Positions 1 through 10,279 of a stretch of 64,000 nucleotides of DNA are shown here, one piece after another. The notes under the pieces are model-generated. The model searched no databases. It saw only the letters and a list, made by a program, of their open reading frames with translations, and had not been told where the DNA came from. The translations under genes were made by a program, and so were the position numbers. The number at the start of each line of letters is the position of its first letter. The stretch's first letter is position 1. Source of the DNA: Callorhinchus milii (taxonomy: Eukaryota); contig NW_024704742.1 in assembly GCF_018977255.1 (NCBI RefSeq), positions 13,456,001-13,520,000 of the forward strand, in the 5' to 3' direction.

Positions 1-1038
1 CATCCAGAGGACATACCAAAGCACCTAGCTGTACAGACTGTAAAGTTCATTCAGTTAGTGAATCAAAGCTTAACCTTATGCATTTCAAATATAAAAAGTG
101 GACATTTTGTATTCCTTGAGGCAAACCTACAAAACAAGAGCAGGGATAAAATGCAATGAAGGTGCAAAATTAAAATGAGCCAAAAATGTAACTTATTTAA
201 AAAAAATTCCACTAAATCAGCACTGCACCATCAATAGTGCTTTGAGATAGCCTCTTGATGTGAGAGTACTATATAAATGTGAATCGTATAATAACTGAAT
301 AAAGCACTTTGTTAGTTATATATTGTGGTGCGGGGGGAGGAAGTCATTGGAAGAGCGGAAGCAAGAGGTTCCTGAAAAAACATAGCAATATCACTTTATG
401 ACATTTTCATCGGCCATCTCACAAGTACCACACCCAGAAGTTCGGAAACTAGCCAAGAGCCAAACCAAGGAAGGATGCAGAGGCTAAATAAGCTAAAGTA
501 GGAGACAATTCCAATAACCAATTCATGCAACACTTCAATTTTTTTTACTGAAATCGCATTAAATCTTCTAATCAATCATTACTTTTTTTAAAAAAAACTG
601 CATGGGTTGCCGGAGGTGAAGTGGGGTGTGTGGAATTAGAAACAGTACTTTGAATGCTGCGTCTATACTGTATACTTCATGATGAATTACCAGATGTGTA
701 TAATATCATATATATATTATATATATATCAGGATTCAGCCAATGCAAAGCATCCTAAACCCCTGCTTCTGATATCAGATGGTTTCAGAAGCTACTACTAC
801 AGAAGGAACACAACAGCAACAAGTTCAGCTGCTGGAGACCACTCACCTATGTGGCCCTTTGGAAGCTCTTTTGCAGATCACCACCAACTTACAGGGGGCA
901 GGTTTTAATGTTCTTAAGTAGCAGCAAGAGAAACCAGCATAGAACACGAGCAGAACCATTTTTTTTAAAGCATTGCCCAATCTCATGATTGGGCAATGCT
1001 TTAAAAAAGGTCTCCGGCCATTACAATGAGGAATGGGA

Positions 1039-1258
1039 AAATACTGCAGATGCTGTAGTAAAAACAGAAGTCGCTGGGACCATGGAGCAGGTCAGGCAGC
1101 ATCTATGGCGAGAGGAAAATGAGTCAACGTTTCATGTCGATAATCTTTGGTCAGAACTCAACTCTGAGGAAAGATCATCAACCTGAAACTTTAACTCACT
1201 TTCCTCTCGCCATCCATGCTGCTGGACCTGCTGAGTGTTTCCAGCGACTTCTGCTTTT
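1039..1258. mobile_element. Foldback (inverted-repeat) element, Penelope-like pLTR remnant, with 19-bp flanking direct repeats
   Basis: Arms ~1058-1155 and ~1163-1258 are imperfect reverse complements. ATTACAATGAGGAATGGGA occurs at 1020-1038 and 1259-1277. Hammerhead-like CTGAGGA...GAAAC at 1164-1189. Confidence 0.75.
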
Positions 1259-1837
1259 ATTACAATGAGGAATGGGATGTACAAATCACTGCCCCACACC
1301 TCTGTGCCACTGGAAGTAGCCATTTTGCTTCCACAGTATAACTGGAATAGGAAGGCTATTAGGCAGAAAGCAGCCATTTTGACGGCAGAAAATTCAGGAC
1401 CTTAATACAATCAACTCCTGATAACTCAACCCTGTCGTAACTTGTACCACTACCACTTAAGGATCACTGATACCTTTGAGCTTGTATAAATACACAAAAT
1501 TTGTTGCCTACAAAAAATACAGTCAATTCACTTTACAGTATATTCTGGTGAAGCGCTTTGAGACATCTAGAAGATGTGATAAGGCACTATATAAATAATT
1601 ATTATTATTATCCCATCAAAACGTTCCTTCTACTCCTGACTGATAGCTATTTGTTAGGTCAGAGTATTAAGGAATACGGGGCAAGGGTGTAATTGGACTT
1701 ATTATTATTATACATATGCCCATCTCGCCACTTTGTATAACTTGTCACCAAGCGCTTTTCCCATGGAGTGACAAGTTCCCAGGAATTGCCTGTATCTACA
1801 CAATTTCAACCTGTCAATTCAAGTGCGATCCACTTAC

Positions 1838-1940
1838 CAAAGTGTTTGATCTGGCGTTCACATTTTTGGACAAATGTTGCGACTTTGCCATCAGCCTCTT
1901 CCTCTGCTTCTTTATGCTTGATGTTTTTGTTAATAACGCT
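1838..1940 (-). CDS. CDC37L1: CDC37L1 coding exon 3 (SVINKNIKHKEAEEEADGKVATFVQKCERQIKHFG)
   Basis: Acceptor cttttgtcgtaatcag|AGC, donor TTTG|GTAAGT. TFVQKCERQIKHFG matches the Cdc37-family motif before MLxRWDDSQ. The next exon was not found in the window. Confidence 0.93.
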
Positions 1941-2217
1941 CTGATTACGACAAAAGATGAGAGAACAGAATTAAAACCACCAACAACAACTTACATTTAT
2001 AGAGCGCCCTTCAATGTCTTGGAGCATTGAGTACAGACAGACAGTACAGAAAGATGCACAATTTACCCCCCCTTATAACCCCCCACCTTTTCTAACTTTT
2101 TCAAACTGCTCATCCTTTAGGACTACAGAACTCCGTAGGATTATTGACACCTTTGAGCTTGTATCACGCCTGACACCTGAAATAACTAAGAACTGAATAT
2201 CAGAGCGGCTGGTATAA

Positions 2218-2355
2218 ACAAAATGCAAAATATGCAGATGCTGAAAATCTGAAACAAAAACAGAAGTTCCTGGGAACACTCAGCAGGTCAGGCAACATCT
2301 TTGAAGAAAGGAAAGTGAGTCAACGTTTCGGGTCCATGACACTTCGTTAGAACTG
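2218..2355. mobile_element. Single-arm copy of the same Penelope-like repeat
   Basis: gcagatgctg...aaaacagaagt...cagcaggtcaggca...gagtcaacgtttc aligns to the left arm of the 1039-1258 element. Confidence 0.7.
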
Positions 2356-2983
2356 GGGGTAAGTCCACTCTCTCAAGTAAGGATAAGTCTTTCCGTAGTG
2401 GCACTGGTCCACAGTCAATAAATCAAAACAAGCAATGTACACACAAACCATGTACTCTGAATACAGCGCTTACCAAGAATTGGCTGCAGGAGCTCAGGTT
2501 AGGACGCAGGCGCCGGGCAAAGTCAATTTTCTCCTCGTGCCGCGCATGAGCAACCGGAACCTGCTCCACCCACAGTAGCAATGTCGAGGAAACAGCACGA
2601 GAAGCCCAAGGCCTCGCTCACTGTGTACTGTACAGGTTGGTAGCGGAGGAGGGTGTTTTACCGCGTATGAAGGGGAGGAGGGCACTGTAGCGGCTGCAAT
2701 CAATGGCCGTTGTCCTGAATAGTGAGGTGTCGGTTTACTGAAGCCTATCCTTTAATATAGACCATGAAAGAGACTGTGAAAATGTGCCTGCAATTGTGAG
2801 GTGGCTGGATTACCAAGGTGGCCGCAAATGTAATTACAATTCAACCCCCACCCCTCCCCCCACACACTGACACATAAGTATTTCGGTGAAATCTGTTCAA
2901 GCCATTAAATAAGGCCATTAAACAAGCCATTTGTTTTCTCAGGCCATTTCCTCAGGCCATTTCAACAGCAAATCAAATGCATC

Positions 2984-3065
2984 AGCACTCTCGCCTCTGA
3001 GTCAGAAGGTTGTGGGTTCAAGCCCCATGTCAGGACTTGAACTCATATAGTCTAAGCTGACACGC
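2984..3065 (+). mobile_element. 5' fragment of a second, older tRNA-derived SINE (SacSINE1-like head)
   Basis: agcactctcgcctctgagtcagaaggttgtgggttcaagcccc carries a B-box; family name is from recall. Confidence 0.55.
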
Positions 3066-3755
3066 CAAATGCAGTTCTGGCCAAGAATATCCCAAATAGA
3101 ATTTGTCATTCACTCAACAACAATTTGCATTTATATAGCGCTCCTCACGCAGAGCTTGACAGTGGTGGAGCACAGTACTGAGCCGGTTGGGGTAGGGAGG
3201 GGGCGGGGCAGCATTGCCTGTTTGTGGGACATTGCTGTACACAAGTTGGCTGTCACATTCATCTGCAAACATACAGTCACTATACTTTACAATATATCCT
3301 GTGAAATTCTTTGAGACGTCCTCCCGACGTGAAAGGAGCAATCCAAATGCAAGGATTATTATTACTACATTTGCAGTAGATTTTTCAAAAACAAAGTTCA
3401 ATAGCACCAGCCGGACTGTTATAATGTGAGCTTTTGTTAATCCCCTGTTAGTAACCAGGGTAATCAATATTGTAATAGCAAACAGATGCCATGTCAGGAT
3501 TAATCTGACCTTTTACTGCTCAAAAAAGATTCAGTGAATGAAAATCTCCAAAGATAATTTTTAGTTGTGAGATCACCACATGGCATTTAAACTAGGTTTA
3601 TTCTGCATGTTCAGCAGAAAATCACCACAATATCAGAAGCAATTTGCTGTTAAACTTGAACTACCAAATGGGTCCTGGGGCAGGCTGGTGAATTGGGCTG
3701 GACTTGGTTTCAGGAGCACTACCAGTTGTACCAAGATAAATAATAATAATAATAA

Positions 3756-5288
3756 AACAACAACATTAAATTTGTATAGCGCCTTTCATGTCTTAAGGTG
3801 TTGGACAGACAGTGTTTCAGACCCGAGAGCTAGGTGTCGGGATTGGGGAAGGTGGAGGGCAGTGGCATTAGGAACGGGATTGGGGAACCTGGAGATCATT
3901 TTTGAGTGATCAAAAGCACAATTGAAGAGAAGTGTCATGAGATGGGTCTTGAAGGAGACAGGGAGGGGGCTGAGGTGCCTGCTGTGCAGAGGGAGCAGGC
4001 AGGATGGTAGGTGGTTAGGAGGTTACAGAGGTAGGGGGAAGCGAGCGTCGTGGAGGGCTTTGAAGGTGAGGATCTGGATCTTGATCTGTATCCTCTGTGT
4101 GACGAGAAGCCAGGGGAGTTGGGCGAGGATGGGGGTGATAGGGTCACGGAGCATGTTGCAGGAGACATGGGCTGAAGAGTTCTGGATGATCTGCAGCCTG
4201 TGGAGGGAGGAGTTAGGGAGGCTGACAAGCAGGGTGTTTGCATAGTCGAGCCTCGATGTTATGAAGGTGTGTATGAGGGTTTTGGCGGCCTGCGGTGTGA
4301 GACAGTGGCAGAGCCGGACGATGTTGCGGAGGTGGGGGAAGGCAGAGCGGGTCATGGTGCAAATATGGGTGGAAAGGATAGTTGAGGGTCAAACAAGACC
4401 CCAAGGTTCTGGACTGGCTTAGCAAGGTGCAGTGTGCAACCATGGATGGTGATGCTGTCAGCGCCTGAGGTGAGGAGGTGCTGACGGGAGCTAAACAGGA
4501 GAGCCTCGGTCTTGTTGACATTCAACTGAAGAAAGTTAGCTCTCATCCAGGACTTGATGTCTGACAGACATTCTGTCAGCACAGCAGTGGTTGTAGAATC
4601 AAGGGTGGAGGCAGAGAGGTAGAGTTGAGTGTCATCCGCATACATGTGGAAGTTGACCCCGTGTCTGTGGATGATGTCCCAAGAGGGAGCAAATAATAAT
4701 AATCCTTGCATTTGATATAGCGCTTTTCACGTGTTTTAAACGTCCCAAAGTGCTTCACAGAATATACTGTAAAGTGAATTGACGGTATATTTGTGGGCGA
4801 ACGCGGCAGCCAATTGCGCACAGCAATGTCCCACAAACAGTCGTAGATTGAAAATGACCAATTTATTATTGTTTTTTGTTTTGAAGAGAGGGGACCAAGG
4901 ACAGAGCCCTGAGGACCGCCGCATGAGATGGTGCGGGAGCTAGAGGAGAAACCGTTTGTGGAGATGAAGTGGAGGCGGTGTGAGAGATACGATCTGAATC
5001 ATTCAAGGGCAGAAACATGAAGGTTGAGGTGAGAGGAGAGACGGTGGATGAGGATAAAGTGGTCAACAGTGTTGAAGCCAGCAGAGAGGTCAAGGAGGAG
5101 GCAGAGGGTGCCCTGGTCACAGATGGACAGAATGTCACTTTGTCACTTTGACCAGGGCTGTTTCTGTTTTGTTGGTGGCACAGAAACCCGATTGGAAGGG
5201 TTCGTGAAGGGAGTGGCGGGAAAGGAAGGACCGAAGCTGGAAAGCAATGACTCATTCCAGGACCTTGGAGAGGAAAGGGAGGTTGGAG
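3756..5288 (-). mobile_element. L2 LINE 3' part (RT and tail), degenerate, interrupted by a SINE at 4692-4883
   Basis: Minus ORFs carry HMYADDTQLY, NFLQLNVNKTEALL and TFITSRLDYAN; (GTT)n tail near 3756. Confidence 0.9.
4692..4883 (-). mobile_element. 5'-truncated tRNA/Deu-type SINE inserted in L2
   Basis: Same body and (ATT)n tail as the full-length copies at 17175 and 52194. Confidence 0.9.
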
Positions 5289-5636
5289 TAATAATCCTCG
5301 CATTTGATATAGCGCCTTATCACGACTTCAGGACGTCTCAAATCCTGTGAGTCTGAATGAATCTTTGCTCACTCAGTCGTGCTCCATATGTTGAACCACC
5401 TGGGTATTTATAACAATGTTTTGGATAATACTACAGGCATGTGCCCCACCAGCTCTTTAAGAATACCAACAAGTAAAGTAAACATAAAGTTTGTCCTGCT
5501 CGAAAAGTTGAAGTTGGATATGAGAGGTAAAATGGTAAGAATTTGGCTTCAATTTGGATCGACATGCAGAAGCTCAAGCTCAAAATCAAGCTGTTAGGTC
5601 TATATAGCTCTACTAACGTTAATATGTTAACTTGCA

Positions 5637-5985
5637 GAGTGCAGTAGCTTAGTGGTTAGTTAGCGCACTCACCTCACAAGTGAGAGGACCCGGGTTTGAT
5701 TCCCGAGCAGGACAAAAATTTTACTCCTTATTCCACACGCATCTGTTTACCTAGCAGTAAGTAGGAACCAGTTGTGAGTTGATTTGGTGAATTGGAGGGT
5801 AATAATCCCTCAAAAAAAATTATTTTGGGTCATGACTGGTTTGGGACACTGCTTTGCACAACTGCTGCCGCGTTTCTGCCACAAAATACAGTCAATCCAC
5901 TTCACAATATATTCTGCGAAGTGCTTTGAGATGTCTCAACAATGAAACAAGGCTCTATATCAAATGCAAGGATTGTTACTATAAT
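5637..5985 (+). mobile_element. Long-form SINE, diverged, ~45 bp from the CDC37L1 exon 2 donor
   Basis: tRNA-like head, ctgtttacctagcagtaagtaggaacc segment, central domain and L2-like tail. Confidence 0.85.
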
Positions 5986-6030
5986 TAATACAACCGCAGC
6001 ATGATTAGTATAAGGAAGCATGTGCCGCAC

Positions 6031-6312
6031 CCTATTGAACCCTTCCTTGCTGATCGTATCAACATTCCACGAATTCATCCTTTCATTCCACATCAGCTCC
6101 TCCTCCTTCTGTCTCCACTCGTCTTCCTTGCGTTTGAGTTCCCAGGATTCAGTCTGTGCCTTGGCATGCTCCTGCTCTAAGGACTCGGAGTTGTGCAATT
6201 CCAAAGTGCAGAGTCTCTCCTGTGCTTCTGCCAGGTTCCACTTGCATTCCAGTGTATTCTTCACTAGCCCCTGTTGCTCGTGGCCAATACTTGCTCCTCC
6301 GTCCGCGCAAAT
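6031..6312 (-). CDS. CDC37L1: CDC37L1 coding exon 2 (ICADGG...KNTLECKWNLAEAQERLCTLELHNSESLEQEHAKAQ...WNVDTISKEGFNR)
   Basis: Acceptor gcattttag|ATT, donor AGG|GTGCGG, 282 bp, phase 0/0. CKWNLAEAQ and LHNSESLxQEHAKAQ are recognisable CDC37L1 motifs. Confidence 0.95.
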
Positions 6313-6424
6313 CTAAAATGCAAATTAGAAATTGGCAAGTTAAAATACAGCAAAAACACATGAACAAACCAACGGATCAAACGTGCGCTCAGGCTATTAA
6401 AGATCCTAGGATACAACGCGAAGA

Positions 6425-8557
6425 ACAATCTACGATTGTTTGTGGGACGCTGCTGTGCACAATTGGCTGCCACGTTTCGCCCACAAAATACAGTCAATTC
6501 ACTTTACAGTATATTCTGTGAAGCGCTTTGAGATGTCTCGAAGATGTGATAAGGTGCTATATTAAATGCAAGGATTACCATTATTTTTATGATTATAAGA
6601 GAGAAGGGAATGTCTCCCAGTGTCCTGGTCACCAGATAAAATCCATGACTCACCTTGTGACCTATTTGTGGAGCGTTGCTCTGTGCAAAGTGGCTGCTGC
6701 GTTTGCCACAAATACACAGTTGCTATACTTTACACTGAATCATGTGAAGCGCTTTGAGGGGTTTCGATGACGTGACAAGGGTGCCGTATCAAATGCAAGG
6801 CGCGCGTGTGTGTGTATGTATGTATGTATGTATGCGTGCATGCATTTATTATGTTAATGTACTTACCACAGTTCTGCCACAAATGTCCCTCAGTATATAA
6901 ATAGGGTGAGTGATTTTAGTCTAACTGAAAATCCACAAGCACAAGGTATGACACATTAGTTCTCAATGTGTGAACTATGTGATCAGCCTGCTAACGCACA
7001 GAGCGCTGGGATACAAATTTTCTGCAACGTCCAACAAGATGTTGATTAGCAACAGGAAGATGTGGATCAGCACCAGTCATTCTCACTGTGGCCAATTCTC
7101 AAGAAAGAGAAAACAATGAAAAGGAGCAGCTAAATCAATCCTTCAGTTCCTTTGGCTAAGAGTTTCAGACCTATTTATGGGAGAGGGCAAGGACTAGCCC
7201 CAAGCCCCGCGCGGCCTCTCAGTTGAGAAGTTGCTGGGAGGGAGGGGAGGGGAGCAGGTGAGTTTTGAGTCTAACAGGACACATTTGCTTCATATTAGTC
7301 ACTGGCTGGAACCTTAAGTTTTCTTCAAAAACTTTCTTTTTAATGTTTTCTTTTTATAAAATAAATTGGTCACTCAAACCAGGACTGTTTATGGGTCACT
7401 GCTGTGCACAATTGGCTGCCATGTTTTGCCCACAAAATATACAGTCAATTCACTTTACAAAACTCTGTGAAGCGCTTCGAGACACCTCAAAGATGTGATA
7501 AGGCGCTATATCAAATGCAAGGATTATTATTATTTATTAAGTTTCAACGGTACAGTAGCCAACACTGGCAGAAAAGTTTGTGCCAATGCCAGTCCATGGT
7601 TTTATCAGCATTGCGCCCTTCAACCATAAGTGCTCAACAACACACAAAACTGAAGAAAACATTAAAAAAGGGAAATCATAACATATCTAGGATATTCACA
7701 TTCACTGTAGTCTTTGCTGATTTATGTTCCACACTTGTCTCCCCTCCCCACGCCCATTTTCTCCTAAAAGAAGTCAGTCAGGATGTGGGTTTAGCCTATG
7801 GCCACTGTGGTACACAAATACAGATGACCAATTGTTTTCTTATGCCTGAACAACACAGGGATGTGTCCATTGAATAATAATAATCCTTCCATTTGATATA
7901 GAGCCTTATGTCTGAGACGTCTCAAAGCGCTTCACAGAATATACTGTAAAGTGAATTGACTGTATATTTTGTGGGCGAAATGCGCACAGCAGTGTCCCAC
8001 AAACTTTGTGGATTGAAGTGACCAATTTTTTTTTAAGGAATCCAGGACTTTGAGAATGTAAATGTGTACATTTGGGTGCTGCTGGAATTTAATTAGATTG
8101 TATTGCTCTAAACTGTTTTAAAAAAAATTAGTGAAATAAAATGCCCAAAGACAATTTTTAGTTGTGAGGTTACCACATGCCATTTAGCCCATGTTTATTC
8201 TGCATGTTCAGCAGAAAATGGCCACGATATTGGAAGCAGTTTGCTGTTATTCTTGAATTACAAATGGGGAGCAATAGAGCTGCAGTCAGAGTTGCCATTG
8301 ATACCATCCTCCCAAACACAGCCAAGACTGTAACCATCGATGACCTAGGAGAGTTGTTGAAATAGGGTCGTGGTATTTTCAAAGTCCATCTGAACCATAA
8401 GAACAGCTAGAGTACAACAAAAACTGCTGTGTGCAATTGGCTGCCGCATTTCACCCACAAAATATAGTCAATTCACTTTGCAGTATAGCCTGTGAAGCAA
8501 TTTGAGATGTCTCGAAGACGTGATAAGTCCCTATATCAAATGCAAGGATTATTATTA
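6425..8557. mobile_element. Cluster of SINE 3' fragments: ~6425-6590 (+), 6660-6800 (+), 7360-7538 (+), 7872-8030 (-), 8422-8557 (+). Others at 1497-1610, 3215-3367, 5289-5345 and 44165-44236
   Basis: Each has all or part of gtgggacattgctgtgcgcaattggctgcc...cagtcaattcactttacag...gtgaagcgcttt...caaatgcaaggattatt. Confidence 0.85.
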
Positions 8558-9096
8558 GAAATATAGTGGCAGAGCATGACACCGAGCTGGGGGGAGGGGG
8601 AGGTGACTGTAGGCACTGTCGAATAGGAAGGTCTTCAGGCATGACCCGAAGATGGGGCAGGAAGGGGTAAAGCGGAGGGAGAGACGAAGAGTGTCCCAGA
8701 GTTTAACATCTTATCCCAAGAACAGATCAGGAGTTGGTAAACATCCTGCCAACGCTTAGTGTCAAGACTCGCATACAGTATGAAAATTGTGACTTAACTG
8801 AGGTATTAAGAGGACAATTGGACCAGAATATGGTTTAATTTCAGTTGGTTGTCAAAAATAGGTTAGATATGAGGTGGCTGGGAGGGGGGGAGGGGAGAAA
8901 ATGAGGAACGAATAAAATTGTTAGTTATATGACACAAACAAGGCAGGCAAAGGCAGGCAAAGGGAGATCTAAACACCTGATACAATATCATGGAATGAAA
9001 CTACTTTTTTGGTTACATCACACACCCAATGCAGAGAGAGGGGATCAGCCCTGAACAGCAGCTCACACCATAACTACAATGATTAGCTGCAGCTGC

Positions 9097-9244
9097 GCTC
9101 TGTCTCTCTCTCTCTCTCTGTCTGTCTCTCTCTGTCTGTCTGTCTCTGTCTATGTCTCTCTATCTGTCTGTCTGTCTGTCTCTCTGTCTGTCTCTCTGTC
9201 TGTCTATCTCTCTCTCTCTATCTGTCTGTCTGTCTGTCTCTCTG

Positions 9245-9277
<33 letters not shown>

Positions 9278-9598
9278 CTCTCTCTCTATCTGTCTGTCTG
9301 TCTCTCTGTCTGTCTCTCTCTCTGTCTCTCTCTCCCTGTCTATCTCTCTCTCTCTATCTGTCTGTCTGTCTCTCTGTGTCTGTCTGTCTATCTCTCTCTC
9401 TCTATCTGTCTGTCTCTCTCTCTCTGTCTCTCTCTCCCTGTCTATCTCTCTCTCTCTATCTGTCTGTCTGTCTCTCTGTCTGTCTCTCTCTCTCTGTCTC
9501 TCTCTCCCTGTCTATCTCTCTCTCTCTATCTGTCTCTCTGTGTCTGTCTGTCTGTCTATCTCTATCTGTCTGTCTGCCTCTCTGTCTCTCTCTTTCTG
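9097..9598. repeat. Compound (TC)/(TCTG)/(TCTA) microsatellite
   Basis: Directly visible. Confidence 0.97.
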
Positions 9599-9827
9599 TA
9601 CTTGAATCAATTGCCACTTTTAGGCCTCGTGATGTGCTGAAATTGCTGTGTCAAGACTCTGAACTCCTGATTCATGACAACCCCCGAGGCCAACCCTGAG
9701 CAGTTATAACAAGGCCCCTTCTGGTTGCCCGAGTCTCCCTCCGCCATTACACTGACCTCCTCCTCCCCTTCTTTCCCCCAACAACAACAACACCACCAGC
9801 AGCAAAAAACACAGAATAGCAACACAA

Positions 9828-9995
9828 GCCGGTGGGGTGGGCTCCGGTGGGGTGAGCTCCGGTGGGCCGGTGGGCCGGTGGGGTGAGCGCCGGTGGGCCG
9901 AGCTCCGGTGGGGTGGGCTCCGGTGGGCTCCGGTGGGCCGGTGGGGTGGGCTCCGGTGGGCCGGTGGGGTGGGCTCCGGTGGGGTGGGCTCCGGG
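9828..9995. repeat. GC/CpG-rich minisatellite (CCGGTGGG / CTCCGGTGGGGTGGG units)
   Basis: Directly visible; CpGs intact; ~150 bp from CDC37L1 exon 1. Confidence 0.9.
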
Positions 9996-10149
9996 GCGAG
10001 CAGTCAGCGGTGTGAGTGATTAAGTGAGTACGTGTGTGACAGAGTAAGAGTGAGTGAGTGACTATGTGGATGTGAGAGGCTGCAGTTCGCTGGGATCAGG
10101 AATTAGCAAATTGCCAGAGCGTCACCTGGTGTGGAACAGCAGATTATAC

Positions 10150-10251
10150 CTGAGTCTGTGGTACTGAGGGCAGTCTGCACTCTTCCTCCTCATCATCATC
10201 ATCCTCATAGTCTGAGGCGGCTGTGAAAGAGCCAGACCGATACTCCATCAT
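10150..10251 (-). CDS. CDC37L1: CDC37L1 probable coding exon 1 (MMEYRSGSFTAASDYEDDDDEEEECRLPSVPQTQ)
   Basis: Minus-strand ATG at 10251 (aggATGATGG), 34 stop-free codons, phase-0 donor CAG|GTATAA matching the phase-0 acceptor of the 6031-6312 exon. A short acidic N-terminus fits my recollection of CDC37L1 exon 1. Not in the ORF track. Confidence 0.7.
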
Positions 10252-10279
10252 CCTGCACTCCGCGGCTCACACTCACTCA

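Noticed and set aside
679..771. C/D-box-like pair ATGATGA...CTGA
   Set aside because: It is on the strand opposite the host gene, contains a (TA)n stretch and has no clear terminal stem.
9607..9747. Minus-strand ATG (gtaATGGCGG; MAEGDSGNQKG...) as CDC37L1 exon 1
   Set aside because: No convincing phase-0 donor to join exon 2; the 10150-10251 exon fits better. It may instead be a YY1-like promoter motif.
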